A stretch of DNA of 53,660 nucleotides from Firmicutes bacterium CAG:176. Its GTDB lineage: Bacteria > Bacillota > Clostridia > Lachnospirales > Lachnospiraceae. This document shows, piece after piece, positions 47,085-53,660 of the stretch; position 1 is the first letter of the stretch, and every line of letters starts with the position of its first letter. Location of the stretch: NCBI GenBank assembly GCA_963623675.1, contig CAVFMZ010000003.1, positions 1-53,660 on the forward strand. The letters are read 5' to 3'. The notes beneath the pieces are model-generated. The model was not told the origin of the DNA, made no database searches, and saw only the letters and a program-made list of their open reading frames with translations. The position numbers and the translations under genes are program-made.

Positions 47085-48283
47085 AAGTAATTACCATAGA
47101 AGAACTGGAAAAACTGGCTCCCGGGGAAGCCACCGTTGTGGATGTACGCCCGGGGGAGGAATTTCAGAGAGGAACCTTTGAGGGAGCCATCAACATTCCC
47201 ATGAAGGAATTTGCAGACCGGATGGACGAGATTCCCAAAGACAAGCCGGTCTATCTGCTCTGCCACACCGGAGAGCGGAGCGTGGAATATGTGGATCTTC
47301 TGAATCTGTCCGGCTACGATGCAGGAAATGTGGAGGGTGGTTACCGTGCATTCCTGCGCCTGCAGCTGGGAAGATTTATTTCTGAAGAAGATATCATGAA
47401 GGAGAAGACCAAGGAGATCGAGCGGAGCCTGATTAAGAAATTCCGGAAAACGATCTGGAGAAGCTTTACCAAAGCTGTCCAGAAATACGATCTCATCCAG
47501 CCGGGTGATAAAATCGCGGTCTGTATTTCCGGAGGCAAGGATTCCATGCTCATGGCGAAGCTGTTACAGGAACTGCAGCGTCATGGGAAATATCCTTTCG
47601 AGCTGGTATTTCTGGTGATGAATCCGGGCTACAATGCCGATAACTGGAAAATTATTCAGGACAACGCAAAGCTTCTGGGCATTCCGCTGACCGTCTTTGA
47701 GAGCGACATTTTCAATATCGTGGCGGATGTGGATAAGAATCCATGTTACCTGTGTGCCAGAATGAGAAGAGGATATCTTTATTCTCATGCAAAAGAGTTG
47801 GGCTGCAACAAGATTGCCTTGGGACATCATTTCGACGATGTGATTGAGACGGTGCTCATGGGTATGCTGTACAGCGGCAAGGTGGAGACCATGATGCCGA
47901 AGCTTCACAGCAAGAATTTTGAGGGCATGGAGCTGATCCGCCCCATGTATATGGTAAAAGAGGCGGATATCAAGGCATGGCGTGACTACCATCAGCTGCA
48001 TTTCATCCAGTGTGCGTGCCGGTTCACCGAGAACTGCGCCACCTGTGGAGGAGCAAAGGGCTCCAAGCGGGATGAGATGAAGGAGCTGGTTGCAAAATTC
48101 CGTGAGACCAGCGACGTGATCGAGTATAATATTTTTAACAGTGTGCATAATGTCAACCTGCGTACCATCATCGGCTACCACAAGGACGACATGGAATATA
48201 ATTTCCTAGATGACTATGACGATTGGGGGAAGGCAGGTCATGGAGAAAATAGCACAGAAGTTTCTGGGGAATCAGAATCTTAG
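47081..48283 (+). CDS. ttcA: Rhodanese domain fused to a TtcA-family PP-loop tRNA thiolase
   Basis: RBS GGAGG with ATG 47081 overlapping the tcdA TGA; rhodanese VDVR...GAINIP...LLCHTGERS...VEGG; then ISGGKDS, CYLCARMRRG, ALGHHFDD, IRPM and CACRFTENCATC. Confidence 0.82.
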   Translation: MKVITIEELEKLAPGEATVVDVRPGEEFQRGTFEGAINIPMKEFADRMDEIPKDKPVYLLCHTGERSVEYVDLLNLSGYDAGNVEGGYRAFLRLQLGRFISEEDIMKEKTKEIERSLIKKFRKTIWRSFTKAVQKYDLIQPGDKIAVCISGGKDSMLMAKLLQELQRHGKYPFELVFLVMNPGYNADNWKIIQDNAKLLGIPLTVFESDIFNIVADVDKNPCYLCARMRRGYLYSHAKELGCNKIALGHHFDDVIETVLMGMLYSGKVETMMPKLHSKNFEGMELIRPMYMVKEADIKAWRDYHQLHFIQCACRFTENCATCGGAKGSKRDEMKELVAKFRETSDVIEYNIFNSVHNVNLRTIIGYHKDDMEYNFLDDYDDWGKAGHGENSTEVSGESES

Positions 48284-49280
48284 GAAAGAAGAGTTTGTGG
48301 AGCTGATCCGCTGTGCGGACGATCCGGAGACGCGGGAGGCACTTGCAGAGCGCGCGGTGGAGATTCGGAAGAAATATTATGGGGATAAGGTCTACACCAG
48401 GGGGCTCATTGAGTTTACCAATTACTGTAAAAATAACTGCTATTACTGCGGGATCCGCCGGGATAACCGGAATGCGAAGCGTTACCGTTTGACGGAGGAA
48501 GAAATTCTCGATTGCTGCAAAAATGGTTATGAGCTGGGATTCCGGACATTTGTACTGCAGGGAGGGGAAGATCCCTATTACACCGACGAACGGATGGAGC
48601 AGATCATCCGCAGGATGAAAGAACAGTACCCGGAGTGTGCAGTGACGCTGTCCATTGGAGAACGTTCTCTGGAGAGTTACCGGAGATTCCGGGAGGCCGG
48701 GGCAGACCGGTATCTTCTGCGTCACGAGACGGCGGATGAGGCCCATTACCGGTCCCTTCATCCGGAAGAAATGAGCCTTCAGAATCGGATGGAATGCCTC
48801 CGGAATCTGAAAGCCCTGGGCTATCAGGTAGGAGCAGGATTTATGGTGGGTTCACCCAATCAGACCGTAGAATGCCTGGCGGAGGATCTGTTGTTTTTGA
48901 AAGATCTGGAACCACAGATGGTGGGCATTGGCCCGTTCATTCCTCATCACGACACGGTATTTGCAAAAGAACCGTCAGGAAGCGTGGATTTGACGATCTA
49001 CCTGTTATCTGTGATCCGGATACTGCTTCCGAAGGTACTTCTTCCGGCAACGACGGCCCTTGGAACCATGGATCCAAGAGGAAGAGAAAAGGGTCTTGCC
49101 GTGGGAGCCAATGTAGTGATGCCAAATCTGTCCCCGGTGAAGAACCGGAAACAATATGAACTCTACGATAATAAAATCTGTACAGGTGAGGAAGCGGCAG
49201 AGTGCCGCGGCTGCCTCTCCAGAAGAGTGGAAAGCGTGGGATATCACCTGGTCAGCGACCGTGGCGACGCAGTAGAATAA
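48240..49280 (+). CDS. hydE: [FeFe]-hydrogenase maturase HydE-like radical SAM protein
   Basis: RGLIEFTNYCKNNCYYCGIR (CX3CX2C), RYLLRHET, GIGPFIPH, PATTAL, GANVVMPNLSP and YELYDNK. Confidence 0.82.
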   Translation: MEKIAQKFLGNQNLRKEEFVELIRCADDPETREALAERAVEIRKKYYGDKVYTRGLIEFTNYCKNNCYYCGIRRDNRNAKRYRLTEEEILDCCKNGYELGFRTFVLQGGEDPYYTDERMEQIIRRMKEQYPECAVTLSIGERSLESYRRFREAGADRYLLRHETADEAHYRSLHPEEMSLQNRMECLRNLKALGYQVGAGFMVGSPNQTVECLAEDLLFLKDLEPQMVGIGPFIPHHDTVFAKEPSGSVDLTIYLLSVIRILLPKVLLPATTALGTMDPRGREKGLAVGANVVMPNLSPVKNRKQYELYDNKICTGEEAAECRGCLSRRVESVGYHLVSDRGDAVE

Positions 49281-49362
49281 CGAGTTTTGCCGGATCGGGA
49301 CGTGGGTGGACAGCAATTAACGATTCGTGTGAGCCACGAAGGGAAAGCGAGGAGAATGTAAT

Positions 49363-49647
49363 ATGAAATTCACATATCCGGCAGTGATCGGAAAAGAAGA
49401 AAACGGTTCCTGGAAAGCAGTGCTTCCAGATCTGGCCTGTTGCGAGGCAGAGGCAGAGACGCTGGAAGAAGTCATCGAGAAAGCCAACGCAGCTCTCTAT
49501 AACTGGATTGAACTGGAACTGTCAGAGGATGAGGTGGACCTTCCGCCCATCTCCGATCCAAGGGATCTTCAGAAACATCTGAAAGAAGGCCAGCAGGTAA
49601 GACAGATCTGCGTGAATATCCGTCTGTTTGATGGGTGGGATGAATAA
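49363..49647 (+). CDS. HicB-like antitoxin-domain protein (orphan)
   Basis: YPAVI..E..G.W....PDL..C....ETLEE.IE.A..AL pattern; RBS GAGGAG. Confidence 0.75.
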   Translation: MKFTYPAVIGKEENGSWKAVLPDLACCEAEAETLEEVIEKANAALYNWIELELSEDEVDLPPISDPRDLQKHLKEGQQVRQICVNIRLFDGWDE

Positions 49648-49661
49648 AAGAATAAGCAGGT

Positions 49662-49695
49662 ACCCCTTTGCCATAGAATGTCGAAGGGGTTTTTT
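49662..49695 (+). terminator. Intrinsic terminator
   Basis: ACCCCTTTG...CGAAGGGGT plus a T-tract. Confidence 0.8.
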
Positions 49696-49757
49696 ATTTA
49701 TTGTGCACAAAATACTATTTGCTATATTATGAATACTGATGAAAATGACAAAACTCA

Positions 49758-49806
49758 TTGACACAACCAACGTAGGATGATAGGATATAACCATCAACCA
49801 ACATAG
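49758..49806 (+). promoter_or_regulatory. SigmaA promoter of the TRAP operon with two operator-like repeats
   Basis: TTGACA-17 bp-TAGGAT with TG extension; CAACCAACGTAG (49764) and CAACCAACATAG (49795). Confidence 0.6.
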
Positions 49807-49832
49807 TGAACCATGAAGAAAAGGAGGACTTT

Positions 49833-50861
49833 ATGAAAATCAGGGGGTTAGCAATATTGCTTGCCACAGCAGTCGTGGGGGGCTGTCTTACAGGATGTGG
49901 AAGCACAGAGACTACAGCATCTGCGGATAATGATTACCAGAAGATTGAACTCGTAATGGCTGTGAATGGAACGGATATCCAGATCGACACCAAGGTAGCA
50001 GACAAATTTGCAGAACTTGTATCAGAAGCCTCGGACGGGAACGTGACAATTTCAGTATATCCGAACGATCAGCTTGCAGGGGGCAATGCATCAAAAGGAA
50101 TTGAAATGATTGCGGGAGGCGGTGTTGATCTGGCAGCCTATGCGACCAGCGTACTGTCTGTCATAGACCGACAATTAGGTGTGGGTACACTTCCGTGGGT
50201 ATTTAACAATTATCAGGAAGCAAGAGAGACCATAGACAGCACCGGTGGAGATTATTATGCAGAACGTTTGAGTACAAAAGGTCTGACCTATCTGGGATCC
50301 TTCCATAATGGATTCCGTCAGATCAGCAACAGTAAACATGAAGTGAAGACACCGGAAGACGTAAAGGGTTTGAAGATTCGTGTTCCGGGAAGTGAAGTTT
50401 ATATGGGAGTCTTCCGGCAGTTCGGAGCAGATCCGGTAGCAATGAGTTGGAGTGAGGTATTTACAGCATTGCAGCAGGGAACCATTGATGGACAGGAAAA
50501 TGGCGCCAGCATTACCGCATCTGCCAAAATGCCGGAGGTACAAAAGTATTTTACAGTATGGAATTATGTATATGACAGTGATTTGATTATTGCAAACTCC
50601 AAAGTCTGGGATAACCTGGAACCGGCAACCCAGGAGTTGCTGGCAGAGAAAGCAAAAGAAGCCTGTGAATGGGGAAGAAATCATCTGGAAGCAGAAGAAA
50701 AGCAGTTGTATGCATCCTTTGAAGCACAGGGAATGAAAGTCACAGAACTGACAGCAGAGGAACTGGAACCATTCAAGGAAGTAGTAAAAGACTTCAAAGC
50801 GCAGTTGATCGAGAGCTACGGTGAGGAAGCCTGCAATGCATTTGGAATTACCGCAGAATAA
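49833..50861 (+). CDS. dctP: TRAP transporter substrate-binding lipoprotein (DctP)
   Basis: RBS AGGAGG before ATG 49833; lipobox LTGC; NGFRQ, GLKIRVP and WSEVFTALQQGTIDGQEN. Confidence 0.92.
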   Translation: MKIRGLAILLATAVVGGCLTGCGSTETTASADNDYQKIELVMAVNGTDIQIDTKVADKFAELVSEASDGNVTISVYPNDQLAGGNASKGIEMIAGGGVDLAAYATSVLSVIDRQLGVGTLPWVFNNYQEARETIDSTGGDYYAERLSTKGLTYLGSFHNGFRQISNSKHEVKTPEDVKGLKIRVPGSEVYMGVFRQFGADPVAMSWSEVFTALQQGTIDGQENGASITASAKMPEVQKYFTVWNYVYDSDLIIANSKVWDNLEPATQELLAEKAKEACEWGRNHLEAEEKQLYASFEAQGMKVTELTAEELEPFKEVVKDFKAQLIESYGEEACNAFGITAE

Positions 50862-50872
50862 GGAGGTGCACA

Positions 50873-51346
50873 ATGAAAATTTTAGATTGGCTTGAGGAAG
50901 GAATCTGTGCGGTTTGTATGGTCGTTATGACAGCCCTTACTTTTGCAAATGTAGTATCCAGACATGTATTCAGTGCATCATTTTCTTTTTCGGAAGAGAT
51001 CACGACGTATCTGTTTGTATTATTAAGTTTGATGGGAACCGCAATTGCAGCAAAGAGGAAGGCTCACTTGGGTCTGACGGTTCTGACAGATGCTGTAAAT
51101 CCGAAAGTGAGAAAAGCACTTCTCCTGATCGGTTATGCCATAGCTGTGATCTTTGCACTGGCAATCTTCTGGTTCGGTATTCTGATGGTAAAGAACCAGA
51201 TCCTTCTTGGCCAGAAGACAGCAGCCATGCAGTGGCCGGAATGGATATATGGGTCTTTCGTACCCTTTGGCGCAATATTTGTAGTGATTCGTTTTGCACA
51301 GGCTTTTGTGGAAGAAGTCAAGGGTATTTCAGGGAAGGAGGAATAA
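50873..51346 (+). CDS. dctQ: TRAP transporter small permease (DctQ)
   Basis: NVVSRHVF...SEEITTYLF...HLG; four TM segments. Confidence 0.9.
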   Translation: MKILDWLEEGICAVCMVVMTALTFANVVSRHVFSASFSFSEEITTYLFVLLSLMGTAIAAKRKAHLGLTVLTDAVNPKVRKALLLIGYAIAVIFALAIFWFGILMVKNQILLGQKTAAMQWPEWIYGSFVPFGAIFVVIRFAQAFVEEVKGISGKEE

Positions 51347-51350
51347 CCAC

Positions 51351-52634
51351 ATGATAGCAGCAGTTTTATTTGTTACCTTTGCGGTGTTGCTTCTGATCGG
51401 GGCACCGATTGCGGTTTGTCTGGGAGCATCCAGTATGCTGACCATGCTGATTCAGGGAGCAGGACGTCCTCTGGATGCAGTGATGAGCAGCCTGCCGATG
51501 ATTGTATCGGCATCTACCAGTAAATTCGTATTACTCGCTATCCCGTTCTTTATTCTGGCGGGAAATATTATGGAAAAGGCAGGCATTTCTGAAAAGCTGA
51601 TCAGGCTTGCAGAAACCTGCGTCGGACACCGGAAGGGCGGTATCGCCATTGTGTGTGTCATTGTATCCTGTTTCTTTGCCGCGATCTCAGGATCCGGTCC
51701 GGCAACAGTAGCAGCACTGGGAGTTATCCTTGTACCGGCCATGATCAAATCCGGATATTCACCATCATTTTCAGCTGCATTAATGGCAGCATCCGGAGCG
51801 ATCGGAGTAATCATACCACCCTCCATTACTTTCGTTGTATACGGGTCGATTGCAGATACTTCCATTGGAAGCCTGTTTATCGCAGGACTTCTGCCAGGAA
51901 TTCTGATGGGTGTTGCGTTTGCCATTACAGCATTGCTGATCGGTCGCAAATCAGATTTGAAATCGATGCCGAAGACCAGTGGCAAAGAAAAATGGGATGC
52001 ATTCAAGGATGCTTTCTGGGGACTTATGATGCCGGTCATTATACTGGGAGGTATCTATGGAGGAATCTTTACTCCGACGGAAGCGGCAGCTGTGTCTGCA
52101 GTATACGGACTGTTTGTAGGAGTATTTGTATACCGCAAGATCAAACTGAAAGAGTTCTGGGCGATCCTCATCGATTCGGCTTCAACGACAGCAACGATCA
52201 TGTTCATCACAGCGGCAGCCAGTCTGTTCGCCTATGTTCTGACCAGGGCAAAGTTGGATGTGGCCATCAGTAATGCACTGGAGGGAGCTACCGGAGGAAG
52301 CACGGTTGTATTCTTCATTATCGTGAACATTATCCTCTTGATCGCGGGATGTTTCCTGGATTCGACTTCCGCATTGTATATTTTCACACCATTGTTCGTA
52401 CCGGTTGCACAGGCACTGGGGATTGACCTGATCCACCTTGGGGTGGTTATGATTGTGAACCTGGCAATCGGCTTGTTTACACCGCCGGTTGGAGTGAATC
52501 TCTATGTGGCATGTAACGTGGGCGGAGTAGATCTGAAAGAGATATCAAAGGCGATTCTGCCGGTTCTTGTTGCAGCACTGATCGTACTGATGATAGTTAC
52601 CTACATACCGGCGATTTCATTGTTGTTAGTATAA
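51351..52634 (+). CDS. dctM: TRAP transporter large permease (DctM)
   Basis: LAIPFFILAG, AISGSGPA, IIPPSI, FTPTEAAAV and TPPVGVNLY; RBS AGGAGG before ATG 51351. Confidence 0.93.
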   Translation: MIAAVLFVTFAVLLLIGAPIAVCLGASSMLTMLIQGAGRPLDAVMSSLPMIVSASTSKFVLLAIPFFILAGNIMEKAGISEKLIRLAETCVGHRKGGIAIVCVIVSCFFAAISGSGPATVAALGVILVPAMIKSGYSPSFSAALMAASGAIGVIIPPSITFVVYGSIADTSIGSLFIAGLLPGILMGVAFAITALLIGRKSDLKSMPKTSGKEKWDAFKDAFWGLMMPVIILGGIYGGIFTPTEAAAVSAVYGLFVGVFVYRKIKLKEFWAILIDSASTTATIMFITAAASLFAYVLTRAKLDVAISNALEGATGGSTVVFFIIVNIILLIAGCFLDSTSALYIFTPLFVPVAQALGIDLIHLGVVMIVNLAIGLFTPPVGVNLYVACNVGGVDLKEISKAILPVLVAALIVLMIVTYIPAISLLLV

Positions 52635-52652
52635 GGAAGGAGCGTACATATT

Positions 52653-53495
52653 ATGAAAAACGCAAATGTAAAAGAGCTGAAAAAAGAGTGTCTTGAGCTC
52701 AAGAAAAAAGTGATTCACATGATCCATACGGCACAGTCCGGACATCCGGGTGGATCACTTTCGGCAGCAGATTTTGTGACTGCGGCATACTTTAGTGAGA
52801 TGAACATTGATCCGAAAAATCCACGGTGGGAAGACAGAGACCGATTTGTCCTTTCAAAAGGTCATGTATGCCCGATTCAGTATGCAGCACTTGCAGCTTT
52901 GGGATATTTTCCGGAATCTGAACTGGAGACTTTAAGAAAAGAAAATTCTATTCTTCAGGGACATCCTTCCATGAATAAATGTCCTGGTATTGACATCTCC
53001 ACCGGCTCTCTCGGACAGGGACTGGCTTGCGGTGTCGGTATGGGTATCATGGCAAAGAGAGACAAGAAAGATTACAGAGTATTTGTGGTAGTCGGCGATG
53101 GTGAATGCCAGGAAGGTGAGATCTGGGAAGCAGCTCAGACCGCTAACAAATATCATCTGGACAATCTGATTGTATTTGTGGACAACAACAATCTTCAGCT
53201 TGACGGAATTACAGATGAAGTTATGCCGAATATTGATCTTGGGAAGAAATTCGAGGCATTCGGATTCGAAACCTATGAGATTGACGGAAATGATATGCAG
53301 CAGATTGTGGATACATTTGACAGAATCCGAATGACGAAAAATGGAAAACCGAAATGTATCTTTGGTCACACTGTAAAAGGGAAAGGCATCTCCTATATGG
53401 AAAATGAGTGCGGATGGCACGGAGTTGCACCGAACGATGAACAGTATGCACAGGCCATGAAAGAACTGGATGAACAACTTGCCAAACTGGCATAA
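52653..53495 (+). CDS. Transketolase, N-terminal (TPP-binding) subunit
   Basis: SGHPGGSLS, DRFVLSKGH, LQGHP, STGSLGQG, GDGECQEGEIWEA and TVKGKG. Confidence 0.92.
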   Translation: MKNANVKELKKECLELKKKVIHMIHTAQSGHPGGSLSAADFVTAAYFSEMNIDPKNPRWEDRDRFVLSKGHVCPIQYAALAALGYFPESELETLRKENSILQGHPSMNKCPGIDISTGSLGQGLACGVGMGIMAKRDKKDYRVFVVVGDGECQEGEIWEAAQTANKYHLDNLIVFVDNNNLQLDGITDEVMPNIDLGKKFEAFGFETYEIDGNDMQQIVDTFDRIRMTKNGKPKCIFGHTVKGKGISYMENECGWHGVAPNDEQYAQAMKELDEQLAKLA

Positions 53496-53519
53496 TCAGG
53501 TGGAAAAAAGGAGAGCAAT

Positions 53520-53660
53520 ATGAGCGAAGTAAAAAAAGCAACCAGAGATGGCTTTGGTGATGAGATCGTAGAACTTGGGAAAAAAGATAATGACATTTAT
53601 GTGGTAGACGTAGATATTGGAAAATCCTGTAAAACCGGGAAATTTCGCGCAGAGCTGCCG
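53520..53660 (+). CDS. Transketolase C-terminal subunit, N-terminal fragment (runs off the window)
   Basis: RBS AAGGAG; MSEVKKATRDGFGDEIVELGKKDNDIYVVDVDIGKSCKT; follows the N-subunit gene. Confidence 0.85.
   Translation, partial: MSEVKKATRDGFGDEIVELGKKDNDIYVVDVDIGKSCKTGKFRAELP

Noticed and set aside
49324..49340. Small hairpin TTCGTG-tgagc-CACGAA before hicB
   Set aside because: A 6-bp stem alone is not distinguishable from chance
582..53596. Many long antisense or alternate-frame ORFs in the track (e.g. 582-1604, 6693-7940, 11862-12767, 34581-35735, 36347-37450, 43714-45021)
   Set aside because: They shadow well-supported genes on the opposite strand and lack RBSs and recognisable motifs

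Overview
Gene-dense chromosomal segment of a spore-forming gut Firmicute, most likely Lachnospiraceae (inferred from gene content and protein style). I see no rRNA, tRNA, CRISPR array, prophage or transposase. Gene order: partial nadE; an Mgl-type sugar ABC transporter with a YesN/YesM-type two-component system and two extra sugar-binding proteins; sleC; mreB/mbl-recD2-comF; two uncharacterised membrane proteins, cdaA-cdaR and a surface-glycan locus (DUF2142-like, flippase, three GT2, HAD, DUF6020-like); an rlmI-like methyltransferase; a SASP gene with a forespore-type promoter and a ~160-nt rod-shaped hairpin in its leader; an HTH protein; an HPr-like protein; a Csp protease; a DUF2115/DUF362 divergent pair; tetR-putP; glgCD; a 142-bp MITE-like element; an unannotated 48-aa membrane peptide in front of a truncated KdpD/KdpE pair; nth; adh-aldH; tcdA, a rhodanese-TtcA fusion and hydE; an orphan hicB; and a TRAP transporter with a split transketolase (partial). 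The best candidates for something new are (1) the small membrane peptide with tandem OmpR-type boxes beside the short KdpDE, (2) the tcdA/rhodanese-TtcA/HydE operon, (3) the long hairpin in the SASP leader, and (4) the MITE-like element and a perfect 28-bp palindrome. All family calls come from reading motifs by eye; no database searches were run.
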